NCBI RefSeq assembly: GCF_009914755.1
Contig: NC_060946.1
Origin: the human T2T-CHM13v2.0 reference genome, Homo sapiens
DNA: 64,000 nt
Reading direction: 5' to 3' (one strand)
Position numbers and translations under genes: made by a program. The notes beneath the pieces were generated by a model. It ran no database searches, was not told the DNA's origin, and saw only the letters and a list, made by a program, of their open reading frames with translations. Below, piece by piece: positions 42,888 to 64,000 of this stretch. Position 1 is the first letter of the stretch. Every line of letters starts with the position of its first letter.

Positions 42888-43125
<238 letters not shown>

Positions 43126-43214
43126 CTACAGTTATTTGTCAAGCAAATAATATACCCCCAAAAAAAGAACAGCTCTTTGTGAAGCGAATAATGTATCAAA
43201 ATTTTACTGTTTAC

Positions 43215-44005
43215 TATATGCCAATGATGAAATTATTGCTTTTCAGCTCAAAATCTGCCCTGCAGTACCTGCTCTGTGATAACGGAATCCTAGGCCCTTT
43301 AAGCATTTCTCTTTTGCAGTGAGTATGATGCTAAACTTTGTCACAAGGTGTTGGAGGAACAATGCAGGTGGAAGGGAGCTTCTCTTTCCGGTTTGGTGAG
43401 CTTTTTTTCTTGCTCCTGCACCATGGGCCATCAGTGATTAATATATGTTGGGGTGTCTTGGGGCTTCTCTGCCCTAGTGGTGCGGCCAGGACATGTAGTC
43501 CCTCAGTGACTTTGCAGCCTTAGCTTGGCGACCACTTTGCTGCAGGCTTCCCAACACGCATAGGGCACTCCAGGCCTTATGCCCTCAGTGGTAACCTGAC
43601 TTCCTGATGGTCATTTCCTGTCACTCTCCTGAAGCAAAAACCACATGCTCCAGGCCTTGCATCACAGCAGTGCCCTACCTCCGTCTGCAGCAGCCTTATC
43701 TTGTCTATGCTTGAGAAGGTGGTTGTTATTTCCTGCTTGCCCAGCTCTGGCCTCTGCAACCCACCCATCCAATGGGCTGCAACCTCACCTTCTCCAACCA
43801 AGTCTCAACTCCAACCTTGAGGGAGGTGGTGTCCCTTCCAAGTTTGCCCTTCCTAGGGTACTCTCCCTTAACCCGAGTGTACCCTTCAGGATTCTCTTTA
43901 CATTTAAGGTTACTCCCTGTCATAGTTTAATGTTTTATAATAAACTTCCCCTGTCTAAAATACTGTGTGATTTCTGTCTCCTGATTGGACTTGAACCAAT
44001 ACGTA
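43215..44005 (+). mobile_element. ERVL solo LTR (MER54/MER73/MER74/MER88-like)
   Basis: 5' TCAGCTCAAAATCTGCCCT...CTGCTCTGTGAT...CATTTCTCTTTTGC and 3' AATAAACTTCCCCTGTCTAAAATACTG..TG.TTTCTGTCTCCTGATTGGAC resemble this LTR group. Subfamily is uncertain. Confidence 0.6.
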
Positions 44006-44038
44006 ATACTAAGGTAAAAATCCTAAGAGCTAAATTAG

Positions 44039-44601
<563 letters not shown>

Positions 44602-44838
44602 TAATTTCTAAAAGTGATACATCTAAGAAGTGTCCTGAATTGCTCTTGCAGGTCTCTCTGTTCCCACAAATTCTCTCAGAACAGCTCCTACCCATCCTGA
44701 ATTCTTCTTTGATACATCAATCAAAACACTCATTTTGCTAAGCCCTTTCCAGTGATTAATGAAATCACCATAAACTTGTCTTGGGCTTTTCTTTTCCTTT
44801 ACTACACATTATTCAGTTAAGAGAGAAGAGTGCCTTTA

Positions 44839-45403
<565 letters not shown>

Positions 45404-46079
45404 TCAGAGTGACTTTGCCTCGTTCACCTTGATTATCATCAAATAATGTCTACTTAAGAAAAAAACCTTACTTAGGAAAGAGAGCTTCAAACACTAAAAA
45501 TAGCTTGTTCGTGTATTTAATTATATACAATATTTTTTCTAGCTATTCTCACTTCTCATTAACAATATGTCATCACTTAGAAAAGTTCCACTCAACATAT
45601 ACATGGGATCGGCACGATGGCTGACACCAGTAATTTGGGCACTTTGGGAGGTGGAGGTGGCCAGATCACTTGAGCCTGGGAGTTCAAGACCAGCCTGGGG
45701 AACATGGCAAAATCCCATCTCTACTAGAAATACAAAAATTAGCTGGGCATGGTAGCACATGCCTGTAGTCCCAGCTACTCATGAGGCTGAGATAGGAGGA
45801 TCACCTGAGCCCAGGAAGTTGAAGTTGAAGCTGCAGTGAGCCATGATCATGCGTCTACACTCCAGCCTGAGCGAGACCTTGTCACAAAACAAACAAACTG
45901 TAACTATATATATATCAAGATGTTTACTGGGACTACCAAACACTTGAAGTGTACAAAACCCACAGAAAAAATTTAAGTAATTTCCTTTGGTTAAGGCATG
46001 AACTTTTATCAATTCATATAATGAAATATTTAATTCAAGTAGTCAGTCCCTTCTGATCTGATCCTATAAGATGTTGTAA

Positions 46080-46440
<361 letters not shown>

Positions 46441-46723
46441 TAAATATGAAAGCAGGCTGGGCTTGGTGGCTCACTCCAGCCTGGGCAACAACTACATCTC
46501 AAAACTACATCTCAAAACAATGAGTTTTTTTTTTATGTAGAGCAAAACTACATCTCAAAAAAAAAAAAGAAAGCAATCATTGAGACTTATATAAATCAAT
46601 AGATTTAGTTCTGATTTTTACAATAATTCTGAATCATTCTTAAAAGTCTAATACTAAAGTGGCTGGGCACGGTGGGTCACGCCTGTAATCCCAGCACTTT
46701 GGGAGGCCGAGGTGGGCGGATCA

Positions 46724-46967
<244 letters not shown>

Positions 46968-47068
46968 TTAATTCATGTATGCATACACATTTAGTAAAGC
47001 AGTATCATGCTTTCTACCATACTCCTCACTTCAAAACATACAATGCTTTATTATAAATTTAGAACTGA

Positions 47069-47296
<228 letters not shown>

Positions 47297-47380
47297 TGAT
47301 CCACCCACCTCAGCCTCCCAAAGTGCTTGGATTACAGGCGTGAGCCACTGCTCCTGGCCTCATGTTGTTTTAGTAATGCA

Positions 47381-47634
47381 CAGGTTGGCACTATTGGGTT
47401 ATTAAGAACATCCATAACTGAAAATCCAAAATCTGAAATGCTCCAACATCTGAAACTTTCTGAGTGCCAACATGATGCTCAAAGGTTATGTTCAAAGGGA
47501 ATGCTCATTGGAGCATTTGGGATTTTCAGATGAGGGATGCTGGTAAGTATAATGCAAATATTCCAAAATCTGAAAAAATCTGAAGTCTGAAACATTTTTG
47601 GTCCCAAGAATTTGGAGAAGAGATAGTCAACCTG
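47381..47634. mobile_element. Tigger4a/MER46-type (TcMar-Tigger) MITE
   Basis: Terminal inverted repeats CAGGTTG...CAACCTG; internal AAAATCCAAAATCTGAAATGCTCCAA and GGAATGCTCATTGGAGCATTT...AATATTCCAAAATCTGAAAAAATC. Confidence 0.8.
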
Positions 47635-48179
47635 CATTATTAAAATGGATAAATGATGACTTTAAGACTTTTAGAAATATACCTCACAATTTGTACTCCA
47701 TAATTTATTTCTCAGTGTTTTATATCATTTTCCTGAAAGGATAAATTAACATATTTACTTGAATTGGAAAACAGAAAAGTCAGGAAGAATGATTTGCTTG
47801 ATGGGCTTAAATAAAAGATTGCTTCCACCAATTAAATTATATGCCCAGGCTTTTCCATAAACTTAATGTACTAAAATCTGCAGCTTCAAGGGTTTTTTTT
47901 TTTTGACAAAAGTACATTTGATTAATAGCATTTTTATCAAAAGACATCCTAGGTTTAGGCAAAGATTTATTAAAAATTTTATTTTTCTCAACCCCCTTTC
48001 TGTATATTGGAATGAATAAGGTACCTCTAAGGGAAAGAGGATCTGGCATTTGACATTTGCCGGACCCTTCTCGGTCTGCGCCAGACACTGAGACAGTAAC
48101 TGCCACTAATGCCTGGGCAACAGAACCTTTGTGACTGAGTGCTTTTCAATCTTTTGTTTTCCTTAAATATAATGCTAGA

Positions 48180-48350
48180 TCACTCTATGATTTTTTGGCA
48201 TATAACTTGAAAGAAGTGGAAATAATTGAATGACTTTACTATATTAAAACTCTTTCCTCTCCCAACTACTTATTTATGTAAACAAGGTTCTTCAGACATA
48301 TAAATGCAAGAGAGAATAGAACTGATAATGAATCCTATTTCATTCGAGTA
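48180..48350 (+). mobile_element. hAT-Charlie transposase fossil (C-terminal dimerization motif)
   Basis: 48241-48294 translates ILKLFPLPTTYLCKQGSS, resembling the hATC motif LLPF(P/A)TTYLCE.GFS. A frameshifted SL.DFW-like remnant lies upstream and a K..NR remnant downstream. Confidence 0.6.
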
Positions 48351-48572
48351 ATAAATACTACCCGATCTCGGATATCTGAAATATTTTTAAAATTTCTCTT
48401 GAAAAGACATACAATAGATCAACAAAAGAAACATAAGACAAAAATACAACGTATTAAGATAAAGATTATGGTACAGAAGTGGAACATCAATCATGACCCT
48501 AACAAATGATTATTTTATTCGTGTTGTGTGAAGCACTATAACGGAGGTAGTACACATTCTTTTCTCAATTAG

Positions 48573-48888
<316 letters not shown>

Positions 48889-49028
48889 TTAAGTGTTGGG
48901 AATTCTTATTCATATTTTACAGGGAAGCTCCTGAGAGACCACTGTCAGGCTTCCATTTGCTGATAAGAAATGGAGAAGCAAAATCGATCAGAAGAAAATA
49001 TAAGTTTGGCGATTTTTTTTTTTTTTGA

Positions 49029-49322
<294 letters not shown>

Positions 49323-49676
49323 TAAGAAAAACTAAACTTAGGACTTTTAGGTCCTTTTCCAGTTTAGTGCACAGAGTATTTAGGAGCTTGAGCTCTGGGG
49401 TTGGGTAAATCCTGTGACACACAGAAATCACATGTGCCAGCATCAATGCTACGACCTAACACAGGTTCATTTGGAGGGTTTACTAAGATTATGTAGGCAA
49501 TGTATTAAAATGTCCTTGCTTATAAATATCTAGCGACATTACTAATTAATTCTTTAGGATAAATTCCTAGAAATGTAATAAATGGCTCAGAGTGTAGGAC
49601 CATTTAAAGGGCAATTATATTATGACAAACAATTTTCCAAAAAAGTGAACCTAGCTTGTAACAGAGAAGGAGCTCA

Positions 49677-49784
<108 letters not shown>

Positions 49785-50529
49785 CTATTTTTAAGGATTA
49801 AGAAGAAAGATGGTCAAGCTGTAAGACATTTTATTTATATATTTTTTGAGACAAGGTCTCACTCTGTGGCCCAGGCTGGTGTGAAGTGGTGCAATCATAG
49901 CTCACTGCAGCCTTGAATTCCTGGACTCAAATGATCCTCCTGCCTTGGCCTCCCAAAGCGCTGGGGTTACAAGTATAAGCCACCGTAACTGGGAATTTTT
50001 ATTTTTAGATGGGGTCTCGCTATATTGCCCAGGCTGGCCAGGAACTCTTGGGCTCAACTGATCCTTTTGCCTCAGCCTCTGCGGTAGCTAGGACTATAGG
50101 TGTATGCCACCACCCCTGGCATATTGTAAGATATTTTAAATATATAAAGTCCATCTTGACACTTAAAACATTGCTACCTCACTCTAGAGATGACTCTATT
50201 AAGCAGTTTATGACAAAGCTCCCACTTCTATTCCTGCTGTTTTTTTTATTATTTATTTATTTTTTTGATAGAGTTTTGTTCTTGTTGCCCAGGCTTAAAT
50301 GCAATGGCATGGTCTTGGCTCACCGCAACCTCTGCCTCCCAGGTTCAAGTCATTCTCCTGCCTCAGCCTCCTGAGTAGCTGGAATTACAGGCATGTGCCA
50401 CCACGCCCGGCTTATTTTGTATTTTAGTAGAAACAGGGTTTCTCCATGTTGGTCAGGCTGGTCTCAAACTCCCAACCTCAGGTGATCCGCCCACCTCGGC
50501 CACCCAAAGTGCTAGGATTACAGATGTGA

Positions 50530-50895
<366 letters not shown>

Positions 50896-51434
50896 TGATG
50901 CAATCTGGGGTCATTGCTGCAAACTCTGCCTCCCGGGCTCAAGCAATTCTCCCTCCTCAGCCTCCCGAGTAACTGGGACTGCAGGTGTGCACCACCACAG
51001 TCAGCTCATTTTTGTCTTTTTTGTAGAGACACAGTTTTGCCAGGTTGCCCAGGCTGCTATTGAACTCCTGGACTCAAGCGATCCGCCCGCCTCAGCCTCC
51101 CAAAGTGCTGAGATTACAGGCGTGTGCCACCGTGCCTGGCCCCTGCTGTGTTTTAAGCAACTACTCCCTTCATATCATCAAAACAAGAATTGTACATTCA
51201 GTTCAGATATTGAGACTGTCAACATGAAAGTTTGCAACTGTTGAAGACAACAGACGTTGCAAAATTGAACATCATCACCATCCACTCATCTTCTTTGAAT
51301 GCACAAAGCAGCTCTTTCGTCCAATTCTCTAAACACTGTTACATGCTGTTGGCAAGAAAAAAGTATCTGGAAAACAATGCAGATTAAAAAATCCACTGTG
51401 TCCTTTACTGGCCAAGAGAAAAACTCCTGGCTTA

Positions 51435-52002
<568 letters not shown>

Positions 52003-52620
52003 TAGTAGAGACGGAGTTTCTCCATGTTGGTCAGGATGGTCTTGATCTCCCGACCTTAGGTGATCCACCCGCACCGGCCTCCCAAAGTGCTGGGATTACA
52101 GGTGTGAGCCACCACGCCCAGCCTCAACTTCTTAACATCTAGGCCTCAATACTTTTTCTTTCTTTCCAGAGAATAATATATCCAGTCAACCTGCATTCTA
52201 GTCACTTCCAGACATAGCCTGTATCTACATATGTAAAAAAATTACAAGAATGTGTAATCCATTTTATTGCTATGGAATTTTATAAGGAAAAATGTAAAAA
52301 GGAACAGACTTTTTGGGTGAGGAAGATATCTGGTAAACCGCACAAATGAACAGTACTCAGATAAGATCAATCCTGTCCAGGGACTGAAGTTGGCTGTTAA
52401 GACATGAAATAGCTTGAGAGGGGACTTCTGGTACAATAAGCTGGTTAGTGATTTTCACTTTTTTTTTTTTAACAAATTGTATTATTACACATTCCTAGTT
52501 GCTGCTTGTAATAGAACAGATTTCAATCTCAGAAATGTTTATCTGAGAGACATAGATCAGGTTTACAAGGACAAGAGGTCAAAGTCATGCCACAGACGAT
52601 CCACACCACCTATGTATGCA

Positions 52621-52663
52621 CTCTCTCTCTTGCACACACACACGCACACGCGCACACACACGC
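52621..52663 (+). repeat. (CT)5 plus (CA/CG)n alternating purine-pyrimidine tract
   Basis: CTCTCTCTCTTGCACACACACACGCACACGCGCACACACACGC. Confidence 0.9.
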
Positions 52664-52680
52664 TGAGTCTCATGTGCTTA

Positions 52681-52869
<189 letters not shown>

Positions 52870-53374
52870 TTACTCAGAAAGAGGAAAGCTTTCCAACCAG
52901 GAGAGTTATATTTATGTGCCCATCACTGGAATGGAGGCAGACTGACAGGAAGATTATTTTCTAACTTGAATGGAAAGAAGGCAGAGACAGAAAGAAAGAA
53001 CAGTGGCTGGGCAAGGTGGCTGATGCCTATAATCCCAGCACTTTGGGAGGCTGAGGTGGGCAGATCGCTTCAGCCTAGGAGTTCAAGACCAGCTTGGGCA
53101 ACATGGCGAGACCTTGTTTCCACAAAAAATACAAAAATTTAGCCAGGGGTGGTGGAGTGCACCTGTGGTCTCAGCTACTCAAGAGGCTGGGGTGAGAAGA
53201 CTGCTTGAGCCCGGAAGATCAAGACTGAAGTAAGCCAAGACTGCACCACTGCACTTCAGCCTGAGTATCAGGGCAAGACCCCATCTCTAAATAAAAATAA
53301 ATTTTAAAAAATTTAAAGAATATATTATACCACTCAGTTGTGTACTGACTAATAAAATCTGACAGTTTCTATAA

Positions 53375-53649
<275 letters not shown>

Positions 53650-54443
53650 TAAATTCCCAAAGTGCTGGCATTACAGGCATGAGCCACCGCGCCTGGCCCA
53701 ATTATTTTCTTTAAAGCCAAGTTACACATAAAACATAGCTATACAGCCGGGCACAGTGGCTCACACCTGTAATCCCAGCACTTTGGGAGGCTGAGGTGGG
53801 CAGATCACTTGAGGCCAGGAGTTCGAGACCAGCCTGGTCAACATGGCAAAACCCCATCTCTACTAAAAATACAAAAAATTAGCTGGGTGTGGTGGTGGGT
53901 ACTTGTAATCCCAGCTACTCAGGAGGCTGAGACAGGAGAATCGCTTGAACCCGGGAGGAGGAGATTGTAGTAAGCTGAGATTATACCACTGCACTCCAGC
54001 CTGGGCGACAGAGGGAGACTCTGTCTCAAAAACCAAACTAAACAAAACAACATAGCTATATAGAAGAAAATTAATGGCCAATCGTAGTGACTCACACCTG
54101 TAATCCCAGCACTTTGGGGAGGCTGAGGCGGGTGGATCACCTGAGGTGAGGAATTCAAGACCAGCCTGGCCAACACGATGAAACCCTGTCTCTACAAAAA
54201 TACAAAAACTAGCTAGGCATGATGGCACATGCCTGCAATCCCAGCTACTTGGGAGGGTGAGGCAGGAGAATTGCTTGAACCCGGGAGGGTGAGGCAGGAG
54301 AACTGCTTGAACCCAGGAGGCAGAGGCTGCAGTGAGCCGAGATCACACCACTGCACTCCAGCCTGGGCGACAGAGCAAGACTCTATCTCACAAAAAAAAA
54401 AAAAAAAAAGGAGAAAACTATTAAAAGTTTAATTCCTTTATAA

Positions 54444-54578
<135 letters not shown>

Positions 54579-54631
54579 TAGCTGGGACTACAGCCACCTG
54601 CCAGGATGCCGGGTTAATTTTTGTATTCTTA

Positions 54632-55121
<490 letters not shown>

Positions 55122-55356
55122 CTAAGCCCAGGCACATGATGTTAAGGTATTTTTAGAGCCAATGAAAAGTATCTACAAATACCACCCCCTCTACCTTCCA
55201 TTTGAATTTAAATAAAGTAAAATAAAATAAAAAGCTAGAAATAGGGAGGGAAACAGAAAATTTTCAACACCAGGAAACAGAAACATGAGGTGGGAAAGAA
55301 AGAGCTCTCGAAGACGAAAAGGGGCAAAAGGGTTACACCTCCACAGGGTGAAATGA

Positions 55357-55617
<261 letters not shown>

Positions 55618-56069
55618 TAGCCAGGATGGTCTCAATTTCCTGACCTTGTGATCCACCTGACTCAGCCTCCTAAAGTGCTGGGATTACAGGCGTGAGCCAC
55701 TGCACCTGGCCGGAAGTAACACAATTTAAAGCTGTGTGCCCTAAACACATAGCAGAGCAATTATGAGATTTTAGAGGCATATCAACAAAGTAGACAATAA
55801 AAGCAGTACACCAGCATTTAAAACAATGTGAATCACTCTAACGTATTTTCATGGCTGTCTTTATAATAAGAGAACTTTTAAAAATAACTCTAAAGGCCGG
55901 GCGCGGTGGCTTACGCCAGTAATCCCAGCACTTTAGGAGGCTGGGGCAGGCAGATCACCTGAGGTCAGGAGTTCAAGGCCAGCCTGACCAACATGCAGAA
56001 ATCCCATCTCTACTAAAAATACAAAATTAGCTGGATGTGGTGGTGCATGCCTGCAATCCCAGCTACTCA

Positions 56070-56174
<105 letters not shown>

Positions 56175-56873
56175 TCAGGAAAAAAAAAACAACAAAAACA
56201 AAAACTGTAGGACATGTACTTGTAACAGCAATTCATCTTTCAATTCTAGTCAGCAATGTTCATGTTCTGGGTTTTTTTTCTGACACTCTTCTATTCATTC
56301 AGTTTTCTGCTAAGATGCTCAGGGAACTACACAATACAAACCAGCAGGTTTGTTGTTTATTTATTTATTTTTGAGACAGAGTCTCACTCTGTCGCCCAGG
56401 CTGGAGTGCAGTGGTGCGATCTTGGCTCACCCTAACCTCTGCCTCCTGGGTTCAAGCAATTCTCCTGCCTCAGCCTCCTGAGTAGCTGGGATTACAAGCA
56501 TGAACCACCATACCCAGCTAATTTTCCTGTTTTTAGTAGAGACGAGGTTTCACCATGTTGGCTAGGCTGGTCCTGAATTCCTGACCTCAGATGATTCGCC
56601 CGCCTTGGCCTCCCAAAGCGCTGGGAATACAGGCATGAGCCACCATGCCTGGCCACCAGCAGTCTTGTTGCTGTTGAAATTTTCTTGAGACAGAGTCTCA
56701 CTTTGCCGTCCAGGCTGGAATATAGTGGCACGATCTCGGCTCAGTGCAACCTCTGCTGATTCTTGTGCCTCAGCCTCTGAGTAGCTGGGATTATGGGCAT
56801 GCACCACTACATCTGGCTAATTTTTGTATTTTTAGTAGAGATGGGATTTATTTTTTTATTTTTTATTTTTTGA

Positions 56874-57169
<296 letters not shown>

Positions 57170-57172
57170 TAG

Positions 57173-57391
<219 letters not shown>

Positions 57392-57535
57392 TGACTCAGC
57401 CTCTGAGTAGCTGGAATTACAGGCATAAGCCACTACACCCAGCTAAAATTTTTTTGTATTTGTAGTAGAGAGAGGGCTTCACCACGTCGGTCAGGCCCGC
57501 CTCGGCCTCCCAAAGTGCTGGGATTACACACGTGA

Positions 57536-57940
<405 letters not shown>

Positions 57941-58024
57941 TGAGCCACCGTAGCCAGCCTGTTGTTTTTTTAATTAAACATTTTGGAGACAGGGTCTAGC
58001 TCTGTTGCCTAGGCTAGAGTGTAG

Positions 58025-58147
<123 letters not shown>

Positions 58148-58434
58148 TAGCAGAGACAACGTTATGCCATGTTTCCCAGGCTGGTCTCAAACTCCTGGAC
58201 TAAAGAGATCCACCTGCCTTGGCCTCCCGAAGTGCTAGGCTTACAGGCATGAGCCACTGCGTCCCGCCTGAACCAGTCCACTTTACTGACACACAATGAT
58301 TCTACATTAGAGACACACAATGAACAAGGCCCTCCTAAGCTATTTGGAATATTAAGGCTTTTTATTTGATGTCTAATTTGTCAAATACAGCAATAGTAAG
58401 GGCAAATTAAAAAATATTTTGTTTACTTAAATAA

Positions 58435-58780
<346 letters not shown>

Positions 58781-59298
58781 ACTCTTTAGGGATTCTTGAG
58801 ATGAGTAGTTTAACTCTCAAATTCTTTTTCTTCTCTTATTTTCAATTAGAAGGTACAATGATATTGACGAAATTATTTCCAACTATTCTCAGTGATCACA
58901 CCCCAAGAACTCCTTCCCAGTTCACTTTAAGTTCTATAAACCCTAAAGCTGAAGTATGTAAATGCCAATTTTTGAAGCCTCTACATTGCCAAAAGGCAGG
59001 GGTTCATAAACCATATCTGGTGATACCTGTGTAATTTATTCATTAACTAAAAATATATTTATTCTGTGTTCTCTACATATCAGAGTTAGGTGCTGGCTGT
59101 TTAGTGCTTTGTGAAGGAGATAATGTTACAAGCGATTGTGTGTTACTATTTATAGTTTTTCACTTGTAATGGGTGTTTGTTTTCTGCAAGATGGGCGCAA
59201 GAGTAGAAAAGAAGATTCAGCTGGGTGTGGTGGCTACCGCCTGTAATCTCAGCAATTTGGGAGCCAAGGTGAGAGGATCACCGGACGCCAGGAGTTCA

Positions 59299-59541
<243 letters not shown>

Positions 59542-60110
59542 TTATGCATGCAATCCTAGCACTTTGGGAGGCCGAGGCAGGTGGATCACCTGAGGTCAGG
59601 AGTTCAAGACCAGCCTGACCAACATGGAGAAACCCCCGTCTCTACTAAAAAATACAAAAACTTAGCCGGGTGTGGTGGCGCATGCCTGTAATCCCAGCTA
59701 CTCAGGAGGCTGAAGGAGGAGAATCGCTTGAACCCGGGAGGCGGAGGTTGCGGTAAGCCGACATTGCACCACTGCACTCCAGCCTGGGCAAGAAGAGTTA
59801 ATCAAAAAAAAAAAAAAAAAAAAAAAAAAGAAGATTCAACAGATTTGATGGTTTGAAGAATGAAATGGACAGAAAAAAGAATGGTGTGAAATACAGAAGT
59901 AGGTTCTACAGGAAAACTGAGCAGGGGGTGGGGGTCCTATGCTTAAGAATTACTATTGGATTTTTCTCAGCAGAGATTTCGCAAGGTAAATAGAAAATGC
60001 AGACCCAAGAGGACTCTAAATAGCCTTGCATTTCCCGCAGTTCCCCTCTCATCTCCCCAGAGACAGGAAGCAAATATGGGACATTTGTAAAGAACAGGGG
60101 ACAGATTTTA

Positions 60111-64000
<3,890 letters not shown>

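Overview
This is human (or very close hominid) genomic DNA, extremely Alu-dense. I recognise it as the PISD / PRR14L locus on chr22q12.2, with both genes on the minus strand in tandem. The right part holds the 3' ~35 kb of PRR14L: the end of its giant coding exon (60112-64000, open at the window edge) and five further exons. I reconstructed these by GT-AG and frame continuity (52682-52753, 51576-51747, 49678-49784, 36179-36250, 33550-33826). They encode the C-terminal Tantalus-like domain and are followed by an Alu-free ~4.2 kb 3' UTR ending at an AATAAA near 29390. The left part holds the PISD CpG promoter, coding exon 1 (10139-10203, [21 protein letters not shown]) and ~10 kb of intron 1. 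The rest is mostly Alu (often nested, with TSDs), plus L1M, L2, MIR, MLT/ERVL LTR and DNA-transposon fossils; nearly all ORF-track entries are Alu translations. I cannot support a wholly new biological system. The best leads are: (1) an orphan motif-dense promoter-like element at ~24.77-25.13 kb; (2) splice-phase compatibility that would make a PRR14L::PISD read-through fusion in-frame; (3) a TISU/YY1-type start context and palindromic GC boxes at PISD; (4) symmetric, skippable PRR14L exons; (5) clustered miRNA seed matches in the PRR14L UTR; and (6) several small templated-insertion or template-switch scars. PRR14L exon numbers and repeat subfamily names come from recall of annotations and consensus sequences, not from a search.
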